64,000 bases of DNA from a candidate division FCPU426 bacterium (GTDB taxonomy: Bacteria; Oederibacteriota; Muellerivitia; Muellerivitales; Muellerivitaceae), in the NCBI GenBank assembly GCA_030041545.1, contig JASHNQ010000062.1, forward strand, positions 38,156-102,155, read 5' to 3'. The notes beneath the pieces were generated by a model, which saw only the letters and a list, made by a program, of their open reading frames with translations, did not search any database and was not told where the DNA came from. Shown one piece after another: positions 9,227-17,487 of this stretch. Position 1 is the stretch's first letter, and each line of letters starts with the position of its first letter. The position numbers were made by a program, and so were the translations under genes.

Positions 9227-9443
9227 AGGAAGCGAAGATTTGCCTGCCAACCGCAGCTGGAAGGTTCAGCCCTGCACCTCTTCTCTAATGCTACGGGAGG
9301 CAACCTTCGCTAACTTCTGAGTTGTTCAAGGATGCGAACGTTGGCTTGCCATACATAGCTGGGGCATTACTGCGCGCCCTCCTTCGCTAATGCTACGGAG
9401 GTCATACTTCGCTTACTTTAAGAATATTCAAGGAAGCGAAGTA
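9227..9443 (-). repeat. two tandem ~101-bp CCA-flanked units plus a partial third, downstream of tRNA-Ala
   Basis: Unit boundaries at 9444, 9342 and ~9241; shared CTTCGC...GCGAAG inverted repeat and CCTCC(G)TAGCATTAG(C)GAAG(G)AGG hairpin. Confidence 0.8.
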
Positions 9444-9519
9444 TGGTGGAGGCGATGGGGATCGAACCCACGACCCCTTCCATGCCATGGAAGTGCTCTC
9501 CCAGCTGAGCTACGCCCCC
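9444..9519 (-). tRNA. tRNA-Ala(GGC)
   Basis: Cloverleaf, G3:U70 pair, anticodon arm CTTCC-AT-GGC-AT-GGAAG, encoded CCA. Confidence 0.97.
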
Positions 9520-9604
9520 AACCTGGAACGTCGTCCTTGCTTAACCAAGGGATGCAATTTTAACGAAAAGCCTCAAAAAAACAAGCCAAACAAGGAAGCG
9601 ATGA

Positions 9605-9705
9605 TGGATTGCCACCCGTAGCTTGGTCATTCAACCCGCCACCTTCACCTAAAGCTTCGGTGAGCACTCTCCGTTTGGTTTATAAATTTCATGGAAAGCG
9701 TAGGG
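9605..9705 (-). repeat. CCA-flanked ~101-bp unit downstream of tRNA-Val (degenerate)
   Basis: TGG at 9605 and 9706; ACGCTTTCC...GGAGAGTG arm; CCGAAGCTTTAGGTGAAGG hairpin. Confidence 0.7.
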
Positions 9706-9782
9706 TGGTGGGCGAAGTAGGATTCGAACCTACGACCCCCTGCGTGTAAAGCAGGTGCTCTAACCAGCTGAGCTATTCGCCC
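9706..9782 (-). tRNA. tRNA-Val(TAC)
   Basis: Cloverleaf, anticodon arm CCTGC-TT-TAC-AC-GCAGG, CCA. Confidence 0.97.
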
Positions 9783-9794
9783 TTATAAAAAAGA

Positions 9795-9826
9795 AACCCT
9801 AGCGCGTATGAAACGGCTAGGGTTTA
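9795..9826. terminator. hairpin downstream of spoVS
   Basis: AAACCCTAGC...GCTAGGGTTT inverted repeat. Confidence 0.6.
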
Positions 9827-9848
9827 AACCCAACGGTAAAATGCCGGA

Positions 9849-10130
9849 TTATTTTGAGTTTTTTTCGATGTTGAGAAAGAACTTAATAGCGCTTTTCTTT
9901 TCGCCATCGATCGTGAGATGGATGAATTCTGGTTTGAAATTGGCGTCCATGCCGTCGCCCTTTAAAAACCCGCGGGCAATGGCGATGGCCTTCACCGTGT
10001 TGTTGATGCTCTCAGGCCCCATGGCCACGATCTCAACGCCTTTGCCGTCTCTCACGTTGTTGGCGATGGCCCCAGCCACGGTGGAGGGATTGCTTTTTGC
10101 GGCGACTTTGAGCGTCATGATCCCTACCAA
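9849..10130 (-). CDS. spoVS: SpoVS family protein
   Basis: LKVAAKSNPSTVAGAIA, MGPESINNTVKAIAIARGFL, FKPEFIHLTIDGEKKSAIKF match the SpoVS pattern. Confidence 0.88.
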   Translation of the reverse strand: MVGIMTLKVAAKSNPSTVAGAIANNVRDGKGVEIVAMGPESINNTVKAIAIARGFLKGDGMDANFKPEFIHLTIDGEKKSAIKFFLNIEKNSK

Positions 10131-10177
10131 GAGTGGCTCCTTCTTTCCCTCCGCTCTTCCAACACGTTACCTTGATT

Positions 10178-10206
10178 TTTATATCACGGGCAGGGGGGGC
10201 TGTCAA
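10178..10206 (-). promoter_or_regulatory. sigma70-type promoter of spoVS
   Basis: TTGACA-17nt-TATAAA. Confidence 0.65.
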
Positions 10207-10275
10207 CCGAGCCCCATGAAGGGTCACACCGCACGGCCTTCAAGGTAGGAAATTTTAAATTTTTGCGGCAAGCGC

Positions 10276-12615
10276 TTAACCCAGCACCGCCTCCACTTTG
10301 ATGGGTTTGGGTAAGCGTTGCGGGGGAATGATGTTTCCCTGCACTTTCTTTCCGTTGACCATCAAGGAGGATACACCCTTACTCTTATGCCGAGGATTCT
10401 TGACCACAATGTGGTAGGTTGAACCCCGGAACTTTCGGGTGACTTCGTACTTCCCCCAATCCTGGGGGATGCAGGGATCGACCATCAACCCGGAGTAGGT
10501 GGGGCGGATCCCCAGGATAAATTGGGTACCGGCGACGAAATTCCACGTGGCGGCTCCGGTCAACCACGAATTACGCGCAAAACCAAAGTCACGGTGTTCC
10601 CGGGAGGCGATGGCTTGTGCGTAAACATAGGGTTCGGCCTTGTGGACATCCTGTATCTGGTCCTTGGTAGGGGGTAAAAGCTGCCGGTAATATTTTATGG
10701 CGTTCCCAACCCGGCCCAAAATCGTCTCCGCGATGACCGCCCAAGGGTTGGCATGGGAAAAAATGCCCCCGTTTTCCTTGAGGCCCGGGGGAAAGGTGCT
10801 GACGCCTCCCAGACGGGGGCTGAAATGCTTGAATCCGGGGTACATCAGGGCCACGCCGTATTTGGAATCCAGGTAGTCCTTGACCGCATCCATGCATTGG
10901 GGCCCGCGCCGGGCATCGGCCACCCCCGACAGCACGGCCCAGGTCTGGGTGTTCAAATAGACCTTGCCCTCAGGCTGCTTGTTGGAGCCTAACATGGTTC
11001 CCCATCCGTCAAAAGCCATGGCGTACCACTGGCCGTCCCAACAGGCCTTGTTCACGCGGGCGGCCATGTCGTCGGCCATGCGGCGGTATTTCTTGGCATC
11101 GGCGGCATTGCCAAGGGCTTCGGCTAATTCGGCGAAATCCCCCGCGCATTTCACGAAGAACTGGGCTACCCAAACGCTCTCGCCGGGTTTAGGTCCGTTG
11201 ATATGGAGAGTGTCGTTCCAGTCTGCGAATCCCATCAAGGGAATACGGTGGGTTCCGACATTCTTATAGGTGTAATCCAAAGGCGCCTTGAGGTGGTCGT
11301 ACATACTGGCCGAGCCGCCGTCCGCCCATTTCACCTTCTCGGAGAGGAACTTCAAATCGCCCGTTTCTTTGGCGTAAGCGGTGGTGGAAAGGATGATCCA
11401 GAGGGGGTCGTCCGAATAACCCTTGCCGTCTCCTTCCCCGGTTAAACGGAAGAATTGGTGGTAGGACGTGCCATCTTTGAACATGTTTTTGGCCAAATCG
11501 GTGATCAGTTTCTTCACCTTATCGGGCACGGTGTGGATCACACTCAACACATCCTGGTTGCTGTCGCGGAAGCCCATACCGCGGCCGATGCCGCCCTCAT
11601 AAATAGACGGCCCGCGTGACATACTGAAAGTGGTATGTACTTGGTAGGCGTTCCACTGGTTCAGACTCAGGTTGATGTTCTTGTCCGGCGTCAGGACCTG
11701 CAAGGCTTCCAATTTTTCTTCCCAATGCCTTTTAAGGTCTGACATGGCCTTAGTCACCGCACCGGCCTTACGGTATTTGGCGATCCTTTGGGCGCCCGCC
11801 GAAATGGAAGGCGCGGTCCCCAGGATATACGTCACGGACTTGGACTCGCCCGGTTTAAGGGTGACCGAAAGCGATGTGGCCGCCACGGGGTTGCCGCCGT
11901 CGGCCGTGGATCCCGAGCATTTGCCCTCCAAAACCGCCTTGGGATCGGCCTCCGAGTGGTATAAACCCATAAAGGCCTCACGGTCGCAGTCGAAGGACTC
12001 GAATTTCTTGTCCGCCGAGAAAAAAGCGTAGTGTCCGGCGTTTTCGATCATGGTGGTGTGGTGGATAGTGTTGTCCTTCGCGTAGGCTTTGGCGATGTTA
12101 TAGGTGTATTGGAAGTTCACCATGTCGTTCTGGGCGAAGAAAAGGCACAGTTCGGCGTAGGAAAAGAGGGTCAGGCTTTTAACCGAGGAAGCTCGGTTGG
12201 TAAGGGTGATGTTCCAAAGCTCCAGGTTGTCCTTCACGGGAACCACATAGAGGGTTTCCGAGGTGATCCCCTGGTAGGTCGAGGTGACCCGCGTATATCC
12301 AAATCCATGTCGGGTCTCGGTTTTATATTCGGAAAGGTCCTTCAGGACCGGTTGCCAAGTGGCTGACCAAAAATCCTTGGTTTTTGCGTCCTTTATATAG
12401 ATATATCGGCCCGGGCGGTCCATGGGAATGTTGTTGAGCCGATACCGTAAAATGCGTTTGTCCCTGGCCGAGAGGTGGAAACTGTATCCGCCGGCGTTAT
12501 TGGAAATCAGGGCGCAATATTCGTCGTTGTGGAGATAATTCATCCAGGGCACGGGAGTGTCCGGCCGCTCAATGACATATTCTTTGTTCGGGACGTCGAA
12601 GTAACCGTAACTCAT
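10276..12615 (-). CDS. GH94 glycoside phosphorylase (cellobiose phosphorylase-like)
   Basis: N-terminal YGYFD..KEYVI..PDTPVPWMNYL, GRGMGFRDSNQD, catalytic DWND, ENGGIFSH, SWLTGAATW. Confidence 0.9.
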   Translation of the reverse strand: MSYGYFDVPNKEYVIERPDTPVPWMNYLHNDEYCALISNNAGGYSFHLSARDKRILRYRLNNIPMDRPGRYIYIKDAKTKDFWSATWQPVLKDLSEYKTETRHGFGYTRVTSTYQGITSETLYVVPVKDNLELWNITLTNRASSVKSLTLFSYAELCLFFAQNDMVNFQYTYNIAKAYAKDNTIHHTTMIENAGHYAFFSADKKFESFDCDREAFMGLYHSEADPKAVLEGKCSGSTADGGNPVAATSLSVTLKPGESKSVTYILGTAPSISAGAQRIAKYRKAGAVTKAMSDLKRHWEEKLEALQVLTPDKNINLSLNQWNAYQVHTTFSMSRGPSIYEGGIGRGMGFRDSNQDVLSVIHTVPDKVKKLITDLAKNMFKDGTSYHQFFRLTGEGDGKGYSDDPLWIILSTTAYAKETGDLKFLSEKVKWADGGSASMYDHLKAPLDYTYKNVGTHRIPLMGFADWNDTLHINGPKPGESVWVAQFFVKCAGDFAELAEALGNAADAKKYRRMADDMAARVNKACWDGQWYAMAFDGWGTMLGSNKQPEGKVYLNTQTWAVLSGVADARRGPQCMDAVKDYLDSKYGVALMYPGFKHFSPRLGGVSTFPPGLKENGGIFSHANPWAVIAETILGRVGNAIKYYRQLLPPTKDQIQDVHKAEPYVYAQAIASREHRDFGFARNSWLTGAATWNFVAGTQFILGIRPTYSGLMVDPCIPQDWGKYEVTRKFRGSTYHIVVKNPRHKSKGVSSLMVNGKKVQGNIIPPQRLPKPIKVEAVLG

Positions 12616-12733
12616 AATTCCCCTCTGGCAATGGAATGACGGCTTAGGTTAATGAAGCGGTTCGACACAAAGAAGCTTTTTGAATTGGCGAATAGAACTT
12701 CAGCCCGATATTGATTAAAAAAATAACCGCAAA

Positions 12734-12836
12734 TGGCCTGCCATACGGAGCTGGCAAATTGATCGCACGCCCTCCTTCGCCAAGGCTGCGGAGGGCATAC
12801 TTCGCTTACTTCAATCGAATTCAAGGAAGCGAAGTA
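12734..12836 (-). repeat. CCA-flanked 103-bp unit downstream of tRNA-Lys
   Basis: TGG at 12734 and 12837; CATACTTCGC...GCGAAGTATG inverted repeat; CCCTCC..CCTTGGCGAAGGAGGG hairpin. Confidence 0.85.
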
Positions 12837-12912
<76 letters not shown>

Positions 12913-13020
12913 GTATAGGTCCATCGACTTCAAAAACACCGATCAAAAGCGGCGGCAATTTTCACTGCGCATCTCGCCCCGAGTTGGCCGAAGGCTATCG
13001 AGGGGCTGAGCTAATCACCC
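12913..13020 (-). repeat. exact 15-nt duplicate of the tRNA-Lys 5' end plus a hairpin element
   Basis: CTGAGCTAATCACCC at 12898-12912 and 13006-13020; hairpin CGCCCC...AGGGG at ~12975-13005. Confidence 0.8.
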
Positions 13021-13041
13021 ACAAATTTACAACTCGAAAAA

Positions 13042-13144
13042 TGGCTCGCCATACGAAGCTGTGTCATTCAACTCTCGCCCTCCTTCGCTGAAGCTATGGA
13101 GGGCATGCTTCGCTCACTTTAATATTTTTCAAGGAAGCGAAGTA
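13042..13144 (-). repeat. CCA-flanked 103-bp unit downstream of tRNA-Arg(CCG)
   Basis: TGG at 13042 and 13145; same two-hairpin layout as the other units. Confidence 0.85.
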
Positions 13145-13221
13145 TGGTACGCCTGAGAGGGCTCGAACCTCTGACCTACAGATCCGGAATCTGTCGCTCT
13201 ATCCAACTGAGCTACAGGCGC
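13145..13221 (-). tRNA. tRNA-Arg(CCG)
   Basis: Anticodon arm ACAGA-TT-CCG-GA-TCTGT, CCA. Confidence 0.97.
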
Positions 13222-13272
13222 ATCCCAATCCGCTCTTGCTACCACCCAGCCTCATTGACTTCTAGCGAAAGA

Positions 13273-13374
13273 TGGCCTGCCATGCGAAGCTGCCGAATTT
13301 GAATCCAGCCCCCCTTCGCCAAGGCTACGGAGGCATACTTCGCATTGTTTCACAACATCCGTTGAAGCGAAGCA
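13273..13374 (-). repeat. CCA-flanked 102-bp unit downstream of tRNA-His
   Basis: TGG at 13273 and 13375; CATACTTCGC...GCGAAGCATG; CCTTCGCCAAGGCTACGGAGG hairpin. Confidence 0.85.
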
Positions 13375-13452
13375 TGGGGTGAGAGACGGGAATCGAACCC
13401 GCAACCCCCAGATCCACAATCTGGTGCTCTAACCAATTGAGCTACTCCCACC
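13375..13452 (-). tRNA. tRNA-His(GTG)
   Basis: Anticodon arm CCAGA-TT-GTG-GA-TCTGG, G-1, CCA. Confidence 0.97.
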
Positions 13453-13533
13453 GTGTCCCTACAGGCATCCCAGGTGGACGACTCTTGCAGCCCAGGTCCG
13501 GCCAAAGCCGGACTTTGGGAGAAAAGCCCTAAA

Positions 13534-13562
13534 AGTGTAAAAGTCCACCTCGAAATTGTAAA
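13534..13562 (-). promoter_or_regulatory. sigma70-type promoter for the His-Arg-Lys tRNA cluster
   Basis: TTTACA-17nt-TACACT. Confidence 0.6.
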
Positions 13563-13695
13563 GGTTTTAATTGGTTTTTGACGATAAAACAGGCTACGGG
13601 GTTTCTTGAAACGACTTGTACTGTTCCTTTGAAGTGAAGATGGCCCACCATGAGTAAGCCCGCTTCCTTCCAAATTTTCATGAAAAGAAGTGGGC

Positions 13696-13905
13696 GCATC
13701 GAATGTTGCGCTTGCCCGGAGCCGAACCCTTCGACTTACTTCGCTCGCTCAGGACAAGCCGGGCCCTTCAAATAGCTTGGCAGGAGTATGCCTCGCTTTC
13801 CAATTCCAAGAAAGCGAGGGGCATCGAATGGTGCGCCTGCCCGGAGCCGGACCCTTCGACCCGCTTCGCTCGCTCAGGGCAGGCCGGGGACCCACTGCTT
13901 AGAAG
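13696..13905 (-). pseudogene. two tandem fragments of the tRNA-Arg(TCT) 3' half (att-like), each with a hairpin element in the T loop
   Basis: 13829-13905 matches the tRNA 3' half at 16598-16642 apart from a ~33-nt insert CCCTTCGACCCGCTTCGCTCGCTCAGGG; a more degenerate copy lies 125 nt earlier. Confidence 0.85.
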
Positions 13906-14183
13906 TTTGCCGCTGATGTTTTTGATGTTCGTTGGAGCCGGTAGTAAAAAAATTCAGTCCCCAGCACATTTTTAAAAGCCTTTGCCCTCAACGGTTTTAT
14001 GACCCGAGGGGGCAAGGGCCTTTTTTTGAAGTGGCGGTCAACGGCGGTTGGAGACGATTAAGCATGGTAAAACATGATTGAGATAGAACACAACTTAACC
14101 GGTGCTTTGCCCACTGCATTAAACTCAGTGGGATGAAATAAATTTGTTTATAATTCTCGAAAGACATTTTGCACGAGGTATCC

Positions 14184-14990
14184 ATGGCCTCAATTTTTTG
14201 TCCCAACTGCACCTTCCGAACTAGGCGGCAATGCCCCAAGTGCAAGGGAAAGGGCATATCAAACCTTGAGTTCCCATACCCAAAATTGGTTTGCGCATTA
14301 GACATCGAGACATACAAAACTGATTTTTCATACAAAAGAAATTCGAAAATTGCCTTGGCCGGGATGAAAATCTTCAAATTTTTTAAAGGAAAATATTTCC
14401 CTAAAGGTTACTCCTATTTCACCGAGGACAAGTTAAAGGAATTGAAATTACAGATCTCCAGCTTTGAAGGTTTGATAATTGGATTCAACATTTACAAATT
14501 TGACCTGGAGGTTTTAGAAGGATATTTTTCAGAGTCATTTATTGAAAAAATCAAAAGAAAAACCATCGACCTGTTCTTCTTGTTGAAATTTTTGAATCAT
14601 GGTTTTTTCAAAGGGCTCAACTTAAATGCGCTTGGAAAGCAAAACCTTGGCATAGGTAAATCTCTCGATATTTCTGGTGGTCAAATTCCAAAACTATGGC
14701 TGTCAGGCAAAAAGGACAAAGTAATCAAATACAACCATCGGGACTGCGATCTAACTTTCAAACTATGGCACAGATTAGTTAAACAAGGGTTTTTGAATTT
14801 TACTGATATCCATCCTTTTGACGGGGAAATTCATAAAACGCTAAGACTGGATAGTGGTTCGCTCAATTATCTGATTCAAAAAAAGATGATTAAAAAATAT
14901 TACCCGCTTATCGCCCAAAAGTTGGCCAATTTTGAGGTCCATCGAGATTTGGGTGGTACATGGTTGGAAAATTCTAGACTACCAAGTTAA
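14184..14990 (+). CDS. RNase H-fold DEDD-type 3'-5' exonuclease with N-terminal CxxC...CxxC motif
   Basis: LDIET (ExoI), GFNIYKFD (ExoII), KYNHRD (ExoIII); CPNC-x7-CPKC at the N-terminus; ATG chosen at 14184. Confidence 0.75.
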   Translation: MASIFCPNCTFRTRRQCPKCKGKGISNLEFPYPKLVCALDIETYKTDFSYKRNSKIALAGMKIFKFFKGKYFPKGYSYFTEDKLKELKLQISSFEGLIIGFNIYKFDLEVLEGYFSESFIEKIKRKTIDLFFLLKFLNHGFFKGLNLNALGKQNLGIGKSLDISGGQIPKLWLSGKKDKVIKYNHRDCDLTFKLWHRLVKQGFLNFTDIHPFDGEIHKTLRLDSGSLNYLIQKKMIKKYYPLIAQKLANFEVHRDLGGTWLENSRLPS

Positions 14991-15063
14991 GAATCAAAAT
15001 CAATTTCAAATTACTCTCCCTATTTCCACGTGTATTCATTGGGAACGCGCTTACCGACACTAC

Positions 15064-15396
15064 TCACGATGCCTTTTCATGGAGCACTTTTCCCCAATGG
15101 TTGGCGGGATAGGCAAGCCCTCCCACAACGTCTTTAGTTTCCTCAAACACTTCAGTTTTCATGAAAACCAGTTGGAGAGGATGCTTTAGGCGTATTTTAT
15201 CGGCCGCTTCATATCCAGCTTGTAAGGGCGGTGGAGCAGGTAAGACCACCAACAAATCAAAATCGCTATCCGGGCGGGGATCACCGTAAGCGAAGGAACC
15301 ATAGAGCAGAACTTTATCGGGATGAAACCGCTTGATAACCCGCTGTACCACTTCTTGAAGTTCTTTTGTTGTTTCTGGGTCTTTTAACTGGATCAT
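15064..15396 (-). CDS. minimal nucleotidyltransferase (MNT antitoxin-like)
   Basis: LLYGSFAYG..RPDSDFDLLVV; C-terminal GKVLHE; ATG at 15396. Confidence 0.85.
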   Translation of the reverse strand: MIQLKDPETTKELQEVVQRVIKRFHPDKVLLYGSFAYGDPRPDSDFDLLVVLPAPPPLQAGYEAADKIRLKHPLQLVFMKTEVFEETKDVVGGLAYPANHWGKVLHEKAS

Positions 15397-15433
15397 TTTC
15401 TCCCTCAAACAATAGCCTAGCCCGATTATAAAA

Positions 15434-15634
15434 TTAAGAAGCGGTTTCGAATTCGATTTTTCTGGCTTCGGCCACGCGGTGGGAAGCGTCCAAGAGCTCA
15501 AGGGAAACAAGGTTGCCCTGCCCGTCGTAATCCAGAATAACTCCAGGTTTGGATTCGTCGCTTTCCACAACGGGCACATTGGGGTTAAGCACCAAGCTTA
15601 GAACGTCGGTTTTTAGATCATAGTTTAACTTCAT
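15434..15634 (-). CDS. DUF2283-like small protein (putative antitoxin)
   Basis: MKLNYDLKTDVLSL...GVILDYDGQGNLVSLELLDAS. Confidence 0.8.
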   Translation of the reverse strand: MKLNYDLKTDVLSLVLNPNVPVVESDESKPGVILDYDGQGNLVSLELLDASHRVAEARKIEFETAS

Positions 15635-15660
15635 TTTTCCCTCTTTATTTCGAAAGAAGC

Positions 15661-15915
15661 CTAACCTTTTTTGCCGTTCTTTTTGCGGAGGAATTTGCTC
15701 GCGTGAAGGATGGTAACGCCCACCACTTTCTTACCCGAATAGCGGACAATCACGTCGTTTTCCGTCAATTCACTATCGGTGGCACGGCTTGGCTTTTGAA
15801 AATTGATATAAAGAACATCCGCCCCTTTGTCGTAAGAGGACCACAGAAACCCCTCGGGAGCCCCCGCCAATGCGGGCACCAACTTCGTGTAATCTTTGAG
15901 TTTTGTTAAGGCCAT
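15661..15915 (-). CDS. DUF2283-like small protein (putative antitoxin)
   Basis: SYDKGADVLYINF...ENDVIVRYSGKKVVGVTILHASKF; overlaps the upstream toxin-like gene. Confidence 0.8.
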   Translation of the reverse strand: MALTKLKDYTKLVPALAGAPEGFLWSSYDKGADVLYINFQKPSRATDSELTENDVIVRYSGKKVVGVTILHASKFLRKKNGKKG

Positions 15916-16208
15916 AGCTGTTTCCTTTTCTCCAAGGAACGAATCCGCCGGGTCAAAAAAGCCGTTATGACAAATCCATCATCGCTCTTTTCCCGGTAAA
16001 CAACAACCACCCATTTCCCCTGCCCTACCGGACGGGCGGCAAGCTGTTCCCCCTCATACCCGGCATAGACTTTTTCAGGGTCTTCAATGGTTCCCAAGAC
16101 GTCAAACTTCAAACCCGAAAGTTCATTGTGTTCCTCGGTAATATGAGCCCAGCGTTCATCCGTCAACCGAATGGAAACCCCGTTAACTGACTTCACTGTA
16201 GATACCAT
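15906..16208 (-). CDS. DUF4258/RelE-like putative toxin
   Basis: IRLTDERWAHITEEH...VVVVYRE..DDGFVITAF pattern; paired with DUF2283. Confidence 0.7.
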   Translation of the reverse strand: MVSTVKSVNGVSIRLTDERWAHITEEHNELSGLKFDVLGTIEDPEKVYAGYEGEQLAARPVGQGKWVVVVYREKSDDGFVITAFLTRRIRSLEKRKQLWP

Positions 16209-16235
16209 AATCCCCCGCGGAGAACGCCTATAACC

Positions 16236-16264
16236 ATGTTATGCACTATCGCAACATGCGTCAA
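16236..16264 (-). promoter_or_regulatory. promoter of the toxin-antitoxin cassette with an overlapping imperfect inverted repeat
   Basis: TTGACG-17nt-TAACAT; ATGTT...AACAT spans 16236-16257. Confidence 0.5.
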
Positions 16265-16330
16265 ACACCGTACCAACCACCGCGCCACCCAGCCAGCCAA
16301 CCCGTATCCCGGATGTCAAGTTAAGAACCT

Positions 16331-16540
16331 TCACCGGTCAATAAGAACGGATGGGGCAAGTTTCAAGAAAACAACATATTCCTCCTGCACATCCACAGCC
16401 AAGCATTTACCCTGCCGCAAGGCCTCGAGATGGCTGATGTTCAAGTTTATTTCCTCCTGATTCCAGCGCTTTCCGAAGGGCTTTTGGCTCTCACCCACAT
16501 CCAAAACAGTTTCAACAACCGCTACTCGGGAATCGGACAT
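16331..16540 (-). CDS. small hypothetical protein
   Basis: 69-aa ORF with ATG and a GGGGG SD-like motif, first gene after tRNA-Arg. Confidence 0.55.
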   Translation of the reverse strand: MSDSRVAVVETVLDVGESQKPFGKRWNQEEINLNISHLEALRQGKCLAVDVQEEYVVFLKLAPSVLIDR

Positions 16541-16597
16541 AATGGCGCCCCCTTTTAATCGTTAAAATTTATCCCGAACTTATGCTTCAACAAAATA

Positions 16598-16674
<77 letters not shown>

Positions 16675-16766
16675 AAGAAAGCAAAACCAGAATCGGAACC
16701 ATAAACTCCAAAGACAAAAAAGCGGCGGGCGGTGAGATTTCCGGATATTTTAGATTTTGAGTTTTT

Positions 16767-16841
<75 letters not shown>

Positions 16842-16896
16842 ACCCAAAAACTCAATGAAACGACCTTGGTTCAAAACAAGTGCATTACTGCTGCTG

Positions 16897-17487
16897 CTAC
16901 GCCCCTTTCAAAAATTCCCTGGCTTTTTGAACCGCCAAGCCGCGATGGCTGATTCGGTTCTTTTCCTCCAGGGTCATTTCCGCGAAAACCCTTGAAGAAC
17001 CAGTAGGCAGGAACACGGGATCGTAGCCGAACCCCCCCTGGCCCCTCGACTCCATAGCGATGTTTCCCCGGACCTCCCCCTCCACCTGCCGGAACCTGCC
17101 GCCGGGATAATATAACGTGATGACAGTCTTAAAAAGCGCGCTTCTTTTCATTTGTGTTACGCCTACCATTAATCCCAATAATTTTCGGACATTGTCCTCG
17201 TAAGTGCAATTTTCCCCGGCAAAGCGAGCCGCGTAAATTCCGGGTTTGCCGTCCAAAGCGTCCACAAATAGGCCTGTGTCGTCGGACAAGGCCGGCAAGC
17301 GGGTGAACTCCGAAACCATTCGGGCCTTTTTGAGGGAATTTTCCTCCAACGTCGCGCCATCCTCCTCCACTTCGGGTATTCCGGGAAAATCGTATCCGGG
17401 GAGGATATCCCAGCCCACATCCGACAGGGCCTCCTTCATTTCCCTGAACTTATTCCGGTTTTGGGTGGCAATGACCAGTTGTTTCAT
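16897..17487 (-). CDS. rdgB: non-canonical purine NTP pyrophosphatase (RdgB/HAM1)
   Basis: [44 protein letters not shown]. Confidence 0.95.
   Translation of the reverse strand: MKQLVIATQNRNKFREMKEALSDVGWDILPGYDFPGIPEVEEDGATLEENSLKKARMVSEFTRLPALSDDTGLFVDALDGKPGIYAARFAGENCTYEDNVRKLLGLMVGVTQMKRSALFKTVITLYYPGGRFRQVEGEVRGNIAMESRGQGGFGYDPVFLPTGSSRVFAEMTLEEKNRISHRGLAVQKAREFLKGA

Larger units (their letters stand above)
13906..16597. mobile_element. small genomic island remnant in tRNA-Arg(TCT), no integrase visible
   Basis: Bounded by the intact tRNA and its 3' duplicate; AT-rich exonuclease gene; toxin-antitoxin-type small ORFs. Confidence 0.75.

Noticed and set aside
9227-9443. CRISPR array
   Set aside because: The whole ~100-bp unit is repeated and degenerate; there is no constant short repeat with unique spacers and no cas gene in the window.
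13350-13673. 107-aa ORF over tRNA-His (also 13690-13975, 16652-16855, 12612-12824)
   Set aside because: Overlap tRNA genes or repeat elements; not protein-like.
15064-15579. 171-aa extended nucleotidyltransferase ORF
   Set aside because: The extension overlaps the DUF2283-like gene; homology-like sequence begins at ATG 15396.
13906-16597. Prophage or ICE
   Set aside because: No integrase, structural or conjugation genes; only a small island remnant is supported.
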